The position numbers and the translations under genes were made by a program. From contig OX597820.1 in NCBI GenBank assembly GCA_951406725.2, positions 124,992,001 through 125,056,000 on the forward strand: 64,000 nucleotides of DNA. The letters are read 5' to 3'. Numbering within the stretch: position 1 is the first letter of the stretch; each line of letters begins with the position of its first letter. The DNA is from Octopus vulgaris. Its lineage: Eukaryota. The notes under the pieces were generated by a model that was not told the origin of the DNA, made no database searches, and worked only from the letters and a program-made list of their open reading frames with translations. Positions 23,319 to 35,426 of the stretch are shown piece by piece.

Positions 23319-25875
23319 TATGTATGCATGTATGCATGTATGAATATATCTATTTGTGTGTCTGTCTACCTACCTATATGTATGTCTGTCTGTCTCTCTA
23401 TCTATGTATCATTCTATCTATTTATCTCTCTCTTTCTCTCTCTCTCTCTCTGTATATATATATTAGGTTGTTTCACATGAAATGTTGCATTTTTAATTAC
23501 TTGTTATTTCAGTCATTTAAACGTTCAATTATGTATACTTTACATTTAATGTTGACATTCCTTTCCCAACAATATTGGTATACAAAATTCGTGCCCACAG
23601 ACCTTATGATAATGATAATATGTGTGTGTGTAACAAATTAAAATGGTAGCTTATTAGTAATTAAATTGTGCCCTCTGTTAAGTTTACCTTTAGGTTATAA
23701 TTTCTAATGAGACACCCTTTTAATTTGTAGTTTTTAAAATATTTTTCTTTCGTTTTTTTTATTTTATGTGAATTTTCTAACCTACAATTGAGAAATACGT
23801 CATTTTCAAAAGATAAACTATATAATAGCAATCATATCTCACTGCACAATACATTTTGCTACTCTGTGGCTGCGTAATCTATTAATCACACATAATTAAA
23901 AATACTTTGATAAAATTGGTTTTCGAGCATTCATTCACGATACAACCTTTTATGAATAACCAGATTCAATTCTTTTAGTGAAAAAATGAAAAGTATCCGT
24001 AACTGTTTGGAAATACAGATATATTGTCATATATATGTTATGATATATTTCTAATCTCTAACGTTATTATCATTCAAAAATTACGGGTATATTATTAGAA
24101 GGTGTGCAAAATTATTTTTTGGATTTTTGACAGAATGTATATGATGATTGTTTCAGTCATTGGACTACGGCCATTCTCGAGTATCGCTTTCTTTACACAA
24201 CTTATTTCGACACTGAATTAAATTCTATAAATGAATTTGCAGAATTACCCATCGATTTCAACATACAAGTGCTGTTGAATAGCCGATTTTCAGTGTTATT
24301 ACAGTTGCACTCGTGGCATCAAAGCTTAAATACTCTATCTATTGCAAAATCGCATGGACAGAGGAAATAAATAATAGTCACTCTTTTAAATCTTTGTGAT
24401 ATCTGCGTTTTACTGCAAGGTGTCAGCTATACGTATAGTCAACTATAATGTAATGGAATGTAGCTTGGTTTTAAACACTTGTTATATGTTCTTATGTTTC
24501 AAAATATTTACGTATAAATCTAGTATGAAGTCTCAGGTTTACTGTTTCACTGTTATATGCAGCTGTAATATAGAAATAATATCTAGGATATTTGTTATTG
24601 TAGGCATCAGATTTGAAGGTGCATGTATGTAGCTTTTATTTTAAGTTTAATAGTTGAATATTTGTATAAAATTTAATGATTTATCTAGAAAATTAGTCAC
24701 AAGAAAATGTATATCAACGGTAATTTGAATGTTTCATTCCTGGAGTGGTAGAGCTTTCCTTTTAATATATTACATAATAATAAGGTATATAAACTGCTTC
24801 TTATCAATAGCGCATTATCTTGATAAATCTGAGTGATATCTTATTGAATCATTTATCTAATGAAATTAAAGTATATGCGGAAATTAACTCGTAAATTATA
24901 CTAAGAATATAGAGAATAAATGCAATTTTCCTCTGACCATATATCACGAAAAGGTAATGATTTTTATGCATTTATGGTGTTTCGTTCCCCAATTCACTGA
25001 CTCAGAGGAAATTTTCAGTGAAATGCAATGCACCTCGGAGCAAACATCTAGTTATATAAAGGGGGGGGGGGGGAGATTTTCATTTATGATTATTTGGGTA
25101 AATTTGTATTGCTAATTATTACTGGTATTTTTAAACAACTTATTACCATAGTGTAATTATTTTATGTAATTCTATGTAATTTTATGTAATTTTATGTAAT
25201 TACCATAGTGTAATTAGTTTATGAAATTCTAACAATTTTTTGGTTTGCTGTATTCAGTGCGAATGTAATTGAGTTTCTTAACATGCTAACTAGAATGTTT
25301 ACAAAATTATATTTACGATCCTTCACAGTAATACAACTTTGTGGTGCAGCAACACGTTAAATATAAATGTATCAACATTAAGTATACGTCTTTGGCCTTT
25401 CACCCTGCATTTGTAATAACCAGGAGCGTGGGTTTCAGGTTATCGTTCAAGCTATCAGTCAAGCCTCAGCAAATTACACTCTACTATTTTAAAGAAAAAG
25501 TAGGTGAGATCTGAAAGCGTAATCCTAGATGTACTGAAAGATATAATACCCACTAAAACATCGTGTGCTTAAGGATAATTTCCGAGTAGGTTTTCGACTA
25601 TAATCAAACTAAATATGAGAGAAATTCTTCAGAATATTGATTTTCTGATGACGTTATATGCTTAAGGGTTAGCTTATTTTAAAAATTTATTCACTATAGT
25701 TTACAGCAAACAATTTTATGCTGAAGCATCACATACCACATCAAATGAAATTTATGAAATATTTAATCAACACACATTAATAATGGCTATTGGAAATAAG
25801 CGCGAATCCTTTACTTGACGCAACATTCCGGTTGAGCTGAGAACAATTATTTGAGGATTTATGAAGATGAAGATA

Positions 25876-26028
25876 TTTATTATTATTATTATTATTATCA
25901 TTATTATTATCATTATTATTATTATTATCATTATTATTATCATTATTATTATCATTTTTATCATTATTATTATTATTATCATTATTATTATTATCTTCAT
26001 CATTCTTCTTCTTCTTCGTCTTCTTCTT

Positions 26029-26059
<31 letters not shown>

Positions 26060-26080
26060 TTATTATTATTATTATTATTA

Positions 26081-26111
<31 letters not shown>

Positions 26112-26112
26112 C
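25876..26112 (+). repeat. Compound (ATT/ATC)n-(CTT)n-(ATT)n microsatellite
   Basis: Seen directly. Confidence 0.97.
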
Positions 26113-26264
26113 ATAGTTATCATTTTTTAATATTTCATTAAAAAGACTTGAATAAAACTATACGTTTCTATTCTATTAATAATAATGTCCTTACAATTTT
26201 ACATATTAATTCTGTTGAGTTTAAGTTTAATTTATATAAGGAGAAGATTTAAAAGACAGCACGT

Positions 26265-28089
26265 GTATCATTTAATGTTTAATTAAATAAATGTGTGGAA
26301 TAGCTGAGAACGTGTATGCACTGATTAATAAAAGTATTCTTAGTTGGAAAATGCGTCTTTCCTGTAACGACCAATACTTGGCCGAGGTAAAAATCAAAAG
26401 CGATATCTTCCAAGGAGACTCTTGTTTACCTTTGTTATTTGTTATAGCCTTGATCCAATTTTCTAGTGTCCTATGTAAAACCAACGTGCAATATGAGCTG
26501 AGAAAGAACGGACTTCATTTCAACCAACTTCTCTTCGTGGATGATTTGAAACTGTTCGCAAAAACAGACTCTCAAATAGAGAGGCTGGTTGAGACTGTGC
26601 AAATGTGCAGCAAGGGTATAGGAATAGAATTCGGTATCTCGAAGTGTGCGGTACTTACTTTGAAGCAGAGAAAGAGAGTAAATTGTAGAGGCATAAAATT
26701 CCAAAATAGAGACAGAACGGAAGACTCGGATGATGATGGGTACAATACCTTGGGATCCTAGAGGTGGACAATATCTTGCACAGAGAAATATAAGACATGT
26801 AACCACAGTATATTTCAAGCGCCTGAAACTTCTCTTGAAATCAAAGCTCAACTCAAGGAAACTTGTAACTGTCACCAACATAAGGGCTGTTGCATTAGTC
26901 CGCTGTAGTGCACAGTCCGCTGAGATGGACACAAGCGGAGTTTGACCAACTCCATCGCACTAACCGAAAGACAATGCCAATGCATGGTGCTCTCCACTCT
27001 AAGACAAATGTACACAAGCTCTATATGAGAGAGGTAAGGGTGAACGTGGGCTGACTAGAGTACGGGAGTGCATTAACAGTGAAAGAAGAAACATGGCAGT
27101 GTATTTGGTAAACAGGAAAGAAGACCTGCTACAGTATGCTGCTGGTGCAGAAGGAGTTAACAAAAATGAACTTGAGAGTGCCTATGAATTCCGATCTAGA
27201 ACAGCCAACGGAGACAGAAGAAACTCTACTTCGTATGGAATTACATTGTCAGTTCCACCGTGAAACTAACAAATGAAAAGACCAGGAAGCATCATGGTGG
27301 TAGCTCAACAAGGGGACCTAAAATAGAATACTGGAAGCCTAACCATCGCGGCCCAGGACCAGGCATTGAATACCAACTCAGTGAAAAAGAATATATAGGA
27401 CACAAATGCATCGCAATTCTGCAGAATGTGTGGGAAGAGGGTCGAAAGCGTGACTCCCATTCCTAGTGCTTGTGAAAGTCCTGCGGAGAAAGAGTACAAG
27501 CGTAGATGCAACAATGTAGCCCAAAACCTCCACTGTCTACTATGCTGTAAGTATCGATATAAGGTTACGGGTACTTGGTATCACCACACACTAGAAAAAG
27601 TAATGGACAAAAGGGGGAAGGCAAAAATCCTATGGGAATTCGATTTCCAGACAAAGTGTTACAGCACCGAAGGCCGGATATAGTAACCTTTAGTTGGGAC
27701 AAACCAGAGTGCCTAATTATCGACGTCGTAGTCCCAAGAGATTATCGCATCATCATGAAAGAAAGAGAAAAAGCTGATAATTATGGAGACCTGAGAATTG
27801 AGATCGGTATCCTGTGGCAGCTACGAGTGTCGAATATAAAGTTTATCCCTATTGTCATCAGAGCATTGGGTTCAATACTACCCAATCTGATAAGAACATC
27901 TGAAAACCTTAGAAATACCCTGCAATCTAGATGAATTGCAAAACTCGGCATTACTTGGAACTGTACACATATTGCGTAAAATACTCTCTGTCTTAGGTCC
28001 TTGTTGTTACTTAACAAACAGTACAAACCCCCGCTAGACACAATATCTTCAATCAACAACCTCATATTGTACACTGTGCGACATCTATC

Positions 28090-28090
<1 letters not shown>
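26265..28090 (+). mobile_element. 5'-truncated R4/Dong-clade non-LTR retrotransposon (RT, CCHC, restriction-like endonuclease), decayed
   Basis: IFQGDSCLPLLF, LLFVDDLKLFAK, EFGISKCA, CRMC..VES...SAC, RRPDIV...CLIIDVVVP...KEREK..Y.DL; ends directly at (TAA)n 28091-28123. Confidence 0.88.
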
Positions 28091-28124
<34 letters not shown>

Positions 28125-28134
28125 CATCCTAACC

Positions 28135-28352
28135 ATAATGGTTTCAAATTTAGCTTGAAGAGCAGCAATTTTCTACGAGGAGATAAGTCGATTGTATCGA
28201 CTCCATTGTTTAATTGATACTTATTTTATCGACCCTCAAACGATGGAAAAGGGAAGTCGACCTCACCGGAATTTGAACTCAGAACGTAGCGATGATCGCA
28301 ATATCTCTCAGCATTCTGTCCAGTCTGCTAACAATTCTGCCTCTCGCCGCTT
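28135..28352 (-). mobile_element. SINE family C
   Basis: ggtttcaaattt...ttatcgaccc...ggaatttgaactcagaacg...aacaattctgcc. Confidence 0.75.
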
Positions 28353-29889
28353 TTTCAATAATAGTAATAATGATGATGATGACCATAACGGGATTTTACT
28401 TGAAATGAGAAAGGAGTTTAGGCTATCGAATATACGTATTACAGATGTAAATTTTAAAAGAGGCTGATACATAAAATAGATGAACTGGATATATCTTCGA
28501 TACGATGCTGCTAACTGACTTGGATTTAAAAGCATATCGTATTAATTCTTAGTGTCCGTATGGAAAGTTATCACTAGCATAAATAACGAAAACCTGAATA
28601 GTGTTAATACATATTCATGAGAGAGTTGAAATCAGTAATTATAAGCCTGTTATAAACTTAATATTGATCAGCAAATTAATAACTGATGACATTGCATTTA
28701 AACCTATGTCTTTCTGGGTCATAACTTATTAACGGAAGAAGAAAAGTGCTACAGAGTGATATCAAAGGTACTATTGATTTATTGCATACCTATCGAATGA
28801 TACTACGGAAAGGCCAAATCAAAATGAAGTGAACAGTTCTTTGAATAAACTTCAAAAAAGCATATGAGAATGCACCATATTGTCATATTTCGGATTGCCT
28901 AGAGACATTCGATATCCATACGTTGTTGTATCAGAATCTAGAAAAATCGATACGGTCATGGCAGAAAGAAATATTTGGTGGGAAATAATCATTAGGGAAT
29001 ATGAAAGACCGGAGAGACTCATATTTTTATTTGAGGAGACTCGCGTATTTTTAGGGACACTCATCTTTTCAATTTTTTCTTCTTTGTATCTATTTCTTTG
29101 ACAACATACTGAGAAGATTCAGGTCTGCTTGAGAAGAACATGAAAATTCTAAATCATTTGCTATAGAACGATAAACTCAAATTATTCACTGGAAATGAAA
29201 ATTGAAGTGCTTCTAATAGTTTTTTTTTAAGCAAGGATATTTGGTAACAATAATGGAATATAGTTTGTTTTCAGTATGAACACGAGTGCAGTATTAACCA
29301 TGAAGAACATTGCATTATCAGACAAATTTGCCATAATTTGATATCATCTGAAAGAAAATGTTGGCTGCAAATATCGAGCGGTGCATCTAAATGCGTAATC
29401 GATCACTAAAGCAGTCTGTACGCGGACTATGTCAGTGTTGAAAAAAAAAAGATTTTTTATTTTATAACTACAAAGGAAGAATCACATAAATGGCAAAACA
29501 GAAGGAAGATACTAACAATGTATGATGCCCAACACTCTAAACAAATTATCGATAGGTTTTATTTACCTAGGGACAAGGAAGACGAACATGTGTTAAATAC
29601 AGCACAAGTGTTGTAATTTTGGCTTTCGTATGTTGTACTTATTGCAGCGAAAAATGTAAATTCACTGAAACAATGAAAGATTTCCTGATCCGAACGAAGA
29701 ATCCACTAAACAAAGATCTAGAAGCAGAAAGTATTATACGGTCATTCCATAAGACAAGGTGAATATGACGGAAACAATGAAAGCTGGTTATTACTGAAAA
29801 ACGGAATTTTGAAATGAGAAACGGATACACTAATCATTTCCTCTCTAACAGAATACCTTGAAAACGTACAGGTAACTATCAAACATCTA

Positions 29890-30105
29890 AGTGATTAGAA
29901 ATGATTACAAAAGCTCGCATGATTGCGTCGGTAAAACTGTGCACTGGGATGTTATCCAAATCGTTGCATTCCAAATGACGGAAAAGTGTTATGGACATAA
30001 GCCAGGGATTGCCATAGGGATTGATTATTGAAGAATTTTGTGGGATTAATTCTTAGATGCTGATCATGCCCTCTCAGCTAGAAAACCCAGATATAAATTA
30101 GGAGA
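29890..30105 (+). mobile_element. Short, highly decayed R4/Dong-like C-terminal fragment
   Basis: Patchwork translation YKSSHDCVGKTVHW...YGHKP...ILWD...DHALSARKPDI. Confidence 0.45.
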
Positions 30106-30610
30106 GAGAGTATGGACAATCAGTGCAAAATTATTGATGTAAATATTCTTTTTTTTTTCTCGGTTTACATTAAGGGAAGGTTTGCTTTAACACATCAGTT
30201 GCATGAGAGGACTACACTCCGCTACTGCTGTTGTTGCTATTATGCTTAATCTGGTGTGTTTTCATACTTTGATTATTTACTAAAATATCTCAATATTTAC
30301 TCTCGTTCATGCCATTGTGTTTTGGTTTTGTGTTGCTTTGTTTACCATTGCAGCTTTTTTTTTGCGGTTCGTCTAAAGAGACTGATAGAATAAGTACTAG
30401 GCTTTAAAAAATAAGTACTAGAGACTAGACTAAACAATCCTTCAAGAAAGTGTTCCAGTATGGCCGTAGCCAAATGACTGAAACGAGTTCTATAAAAGAT
30501 AAAAGGAAAAATAAGTCTTCTATTCTTTACTTGTAGCTTAGTTATGTTTGGTGGTCATTGTGGATGGGAAAATTTAATGCGTGTCAAAGATGTTTACAGC
30601 TTATCAGACG

Positions 30611-31035
30611 TGTCTGTGTGGTAAAAAGCTTGTTTCTCAGCGACATAGTTCCGGGATCAGTCCCACTCCGTTACACCTTAGGTAAATGTCTTCTGCCATA
30701 ACGTCGAGGCGATCAAAGCCTTGTGAGTTGATTTTGTAGGCGGAAACTGAAAGAAACCTGTTGTATAAATATATATGTATATATTTGTGTGTGCGTGCCG
30801 GTGTGTGTGTGTGTGTGTCTTTGTTTGCCACCACCTCCATTACCGCTTGATATCTGGCGTTGATATGTTTACGACCTCGTAACTTAGCGCTTCGGATAAA
30901 GTGAATGATAGAATAAGTACTAGGCTTTAAAAAATAAGTACTGTAGTCTATTTCTTCGACTAAAACAATCCTTCACGGTGGTGCTCCACTATGGCCGTAG
31001 TCAAATGACTGAAACGTGTCCAATAAAAGATAAAA
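30611..31035 (+). mobile_element. SINE family B (a further 3' fragment at ~30364-30510)
   Basis: Same head, internal (TA/TG)n and 3' region as 38834-39243. Confidence 0.82.
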
Positions 31036-32631
31036 TATCAAATAAGCTTTGTATGCATTACTTGAGTGACGCGGCCGATAATATTTGTTCATACCAGTGC
31101 TCCAATGACAATTTCCTTTCGTAATAATTGAACAGATCGTATTTCGAATAAAGATGCAGCAACACAAGACGTAACAAATCTTTCTAATTTTGTCTCAATG
31201 CCAATAGTTCGTGGTATATTGATTACATCGACAATATTTTGTTTACTTATCGACCTCGAAAGAATAAAAGGCAAAGTTGGCCGCGCTGTATTTTGACACC
31301 GGGACCTAATGAGTCGAAAGAAATACTCCTAGCTTTCTTACCTGTCTTTTTCTGTGCGATCCTCAAATATTCTTCCAGTTTACTGCCTTAACAACATGCT
31401 TGAAAGCAATAATGATATATTTCTCATAGGCATTAATAGCCAGAGCGACCAATCATCGGGCTCAATTTCTTTTCACTGGCAGCATAATATCTTCATCTCC
31501 ATTTCCAATTCGCAATTACTTGTATCCCGAATATGCTAATTAAGCCATCAGTAGATTTAATCAGGTATGCTGCAGAGACATGTATGGACTTTTTAGTTTT
31601 CCTTCAGATGCAATGATAAAATATTTAATAAAATATAAATGTCTTTTCAATACATTAACCATTTTCCGGAGGAGAACTTAGAGTTAAGTGATCCATTTTT
31701 ATCTCGGAATGATGCACATTTACTTTCTATTATATACTTTTTTAAGAATATATTTACTCGTATTTACAGCTCTTTTCTTTTCCAATCACAATTTACTTTG
31801 ATGTCTTTTCCATAGCTATCTTTGTTATCAGTTTCATAAATGTCATCCAAGTCTCGTACACTTCCTGAGTTGAAACGACATGTAAGTTTATGTCGCTTAA
31901 TTATCATTTCTGTTTCCTGAACACATTCTAACTCACCTCAGAATACAGATCTTTTAACTAGTTTAAAATTAACAATATACAATGATATCTGGATTATACA
32001 TCACAGCAAAATATGAGACAATCACAGTAGATGTACAACAATCTCTGTTATAGGTTTACAACACCGTAAGATGATTGAAAATCGTGGCCACGAGTATTTC
32101 GCTTTTTCTCAAATGCATCTTGTCTAAATTGAAGTTGGAATTTTATGCCATTCCTTATTTCAAAGTTTCTTTTTTAATTCCTTAATTTCTTCTCTCTAAT
32201 TGCCTGTTTTTGTATACGTAAACAGAGCGACCAATCATCGGGCTCAATTTTTTTAAATGTATTTCCTCATTGATGCCGACTTTTTCTAACGTTTCACAAG
32301 ATTTCTTGTTTTTTAAATACTTTTTCTAAATTCTTCGGAATAAAAGATTCAGCATGGGCTGCCGAAGACACTCACAATTTCTAAATTCCTCGTTAAGTCC
32401 TGATTTAGTAATAACATTTTTCTTTACTTTTCCTCTTTACTTTGAGACATTTCTTTCGTGGCAGAAAGCTCTTACAAACTCGTATCAAATTTTCCACACA
32501 CACACACACAAACACGTACACACATACACACACACACACACGCACACGCACACACATATACGACGATTTAAAAGTCTGTTAGCAGCATAGTGGCATAGAA
32601 ATAATTTTCTTTAGCACTTGTTTATAAGTTG

Positions 32632-32675
<44 letters not shown>

Positions 32676-32678
<3 letters not shown>

Positions 32679-33133
32679 AATATGGCTAACCCCTAAGGGT
32701 GGATGCTACTGTAGTTTTTAGCCCCAGGAAGACATCTCCCCCAGCTGGCTATATATACACTTTCTGTGTCCTCTCAGTATTTGCAAAGGGAAGCCATCCT
32801 TACCGTCTTCAACTTATGATACACAGGGACCCGAGATTCAAGGTATTGACCTATCATCAGCGTGTGACAATCACAGTTGTCGATAGGAAGGAGGTTCTCC
32901 TTACAAATACATATACTTTTTCCAGTGTTCATAAGTTGAAGACGGGAAGGATGGCTTCCCTTTGCAAATACTGAGAGGACACAGAAATTGTGTCTATAGC
33001 CAGCTGGAGGAGATGTCTTCCTGGGGCTAAAAACTACAGTAGCATCCACCCTTAGGGGTTAGCCATATTCAAATGGCATATTTACATCACGATGTGTTTC
33101 TGCTACTGTTGAAAACTCACTCTGATATTTATC

Positions 33134-33135
<2 letters not shown>
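32676..33135. mobile_element. (TA)n-embedded foldback cassette: 144-bp inverted arms with a hammerhead in the spacer
   Basis: Arms 32676-32819 and 32929-33072, about 5 mismatches; 109-bp spacer; (TA)n both sides. Explains the mirror ORFs 32699..32974(+) and 32774..33049(-). Confidence 0.78.
32822..32866 (-). ncRNA. Minimal type I hammerhead ribozyme with one core substitution (GAAA to GAAT)
   Basis: Minus strand: CACACG-CTGATGA-TAGGT(CAAT)ACCTT-GAAT-CTCGGG-TC-CCTGTG. GUC triplet, near-palindromic stem III, stem I 5/6 paired. Lies in the spacer of a 144-bp inverted repeat. Confidence 0.62.
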
Positions 33136-33174
<39 letters not shown>

Positions 33175-33237
33175 GTGTGTGTCTATTTGAGCTTATAAGT
33201 GTGTCTGTCTGAACAATTAGATACGTATTACATACGC

Positions 33238-33275
<38 letters not shown>

Positions 33276-33379
33276 CTGTGTCTGTGTCTGTGTGTGTGTA
33301 TGTGTATATATATATATATGTGTGTGTGTGTGTGCATATATATATATGTATATGTATATATATATATATGTATATATTT

Positions 33380-33616
33380 TTCTCCCCTTTTCAACCCTAC
33401 CCAGGCCCATGGGCCCGGTTCCCCGGTTTCTGTGGCGTATGTGTTCCCCCACCCCGATCCAACACAAAATAGGATGCCACCCACCCCCTACCGGAGATCA
33501 TGGAGCTTTAGGTGTTTTCGCTTAATAAACTCCCACCATGCCCGGCCTCGTAATTGAAACCGCGATCCTCCGACCACAAGTCCGCTGCCCTAACCACCGG
33601 GCCATTGCGTCTCCAC
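33380..33616 (-). mobile_element. tRNA-derived SINE, family A
   Basis: Minus strand gtggagacgcaatggcccggtggttagggcagcggac...cggtttcaattac...gcgaaaacacctaaagctcca...gaaaccggg. Confidence 0.75.
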
Positions 33617-33740
33617 ACACACACACCCACACAAACACACACACACACACACACACATGTATATATATATATAAATATAAATATAAGAAATTAAAAACGG
33701 AAAATACGCACACTTACACAGTTTTAATATCATTTTTAAT

Positions 33741-33775
33741 ATATCGACAGGTTTCGCTATCACTATTCATGATAT
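33741..33775 (-). ncRNA. Second, inverted copy of the A3:U8 hammerhead-like motif
   Basis: Minus strand: ATATC-ATGAATA-GT(GATA)GC-GAAA-CCTG-TC-GATAT; 5-bp stem I and the same variant core. Confidence 0.5.
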
Positions 33776-33980
33776 TATGTTTTACTTATTTGAATATATA
33801 TTTGGTCAATGCTTTGTGTGATGAAATTCACGAGTGAATGACTTCACAAGTAGATAAATAGAGGGAGTTAATTGGTTGTCGTTATTATTGTTATTGTTGT
33901 TGGTAAGAGAGATAATTGTTCAGCTTTCGGTAATGGGTGGGGATTTAAGAAAAAATATATATTAAAATAAATGAAACATA

Positions 33981-34015
33981 TTATCATGAATAGCGACAGC
34001 GAAACCGGTCGATAT
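33981..34015 (+). ncRNA. Minimal type I hammerhead-like motif with A3:U8 core covariation
   Basis: TTATC-ATGAATA-GC(GACA)GC-GAAA-CCGG-TC-GATAT. Palindromic stem III (ACCGGT), GUC triplet, stem I TATC/GATA; core A3 U4 G5 A6 A7 U8 A9. Confidence 0.55.
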
Positions 34016-34122
34016 ATTAAAAATTATATTATAACTATGTAACTGTGCGTATTTTTCTTTTTTAAATTCTTATATACATTACAACTCACCACGTAGGGAT
34101 AATCGAAATTCCTCTTTTCTGT

Positions 34123-34225
<103 letters not shown>

Positions 34226-34801
34226 CATACATACATGCTTAACAAAGGAGAACTAGAGATTCATATTATAGGAAACATTTAGTAGAGCTTTAATAATTTG
34301 AATTTACACTTCAAGACCATTACCGAATACCAAGTCCACAAGATACGGAATGAATAGAAAATGAATATATATTGTGACAATGATCCGAATACATAAATGA
34401 AACCGTTTGCGTTTGATATACAAGATATTTATGGCTGTATATTATAAAAATGAGAAAGCGAAAACGGAAATCTTTCAGACGATGATTCTAGAAGTATACT
34501 TATATAAAATAACAGAACAAACTTACACAGAATATAAAGACACAGAAAATTAAAGGTGAGAAGCTGTGGTATTACAAGTCCAACAGCTGTTTCTGATAGC
34601 TCGAATTTATTTCCTAATATTGGACAATGTAGTCCAGCACAATATGCAACCAGTAATGGAAGCATATAGATATTGGATAGATCCGATCTCCGTTTTCATG
34701 GCGGAGATAGATAGATATATAGATATGTATCTATGCATGCAACTATCTCTCCCTGTCTCTCTCTCAATACAGTCACATGCACATACAGGCACACACACAC
34801 A

Positions 34802-34846
<45 letters not shown>

Positions 34847-35108
34847 GTCAATTCAAATAAACGAGTAAAGTTAAAGGAAGAGAACGGGCATAAGGAATAT
34901 ATTAGTTAGACGCTCGGTGAAAAGAGAGAGTTTGACATTTTGAGCATTGCTCTCCGTTGGAATGGGGATAGGGAAGTGTCTAAGAAAAAAAAGAGAATGA
35001 AATCGTCAAAAGCAGGCGTGAAGGTACATTGCTGACGTGAGCGGAAGTAGAAAGAGATAGCGAAAGTGGCTTTTGGAGGCAGGGGATGGGGAAGATGGTC
35101 AGTATGAA

Positions 35109-35142
<34 letters not shown>

Positions 35143-35426
35143 GTATTGTCTGCGTGCACGTATGTTTGTGTTTGTGTGAGTAATGTATGTGTATGCGTGG
35201 TAGTATGTGTGTGCGTCTGTTTGCGTTTGTGTCAGTCACCGAGCAGGTCAGTGGCTCGTGTTGATTCAGTCGAATGTGGTGAAAAGTGTGTGAGTGGGTG
35301 GATGTGGTTGAGTGTGAGTATATGTATGTGCATGTGTGCGTACGACGGAGTGAGATTGTATATGTGTGTGCATGTGCGCATGGGTTTATATATATGTGAA
35401 TGTGTGTTAGTGTGTGTTGAAGAATA

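Larger units (their letters stand above)
33681..34075. mobile_element. Foldback cassette with ~120-bp diverged inverted arms, each carrying a hammerhead-like motif
   Basis: 33681-33800 is a diverged reverse complement of 33956-34075; TA-rich tract on the left and (CTA)n(TA)n on the right. Confidence 0.65.

Noticed and set aside
24134-24370. 78-codon + strand open frame after an AG as the next GABA-B exon
   Set aside because: Starts in a SINE remnant and has no receptor similarity.
32699-33049. Two 91-aa ORFs starting MDATVVFSPRK on opposite strands as duplicated genes
   Set aside because: Mirror products of the 144-bp inverted repeat.
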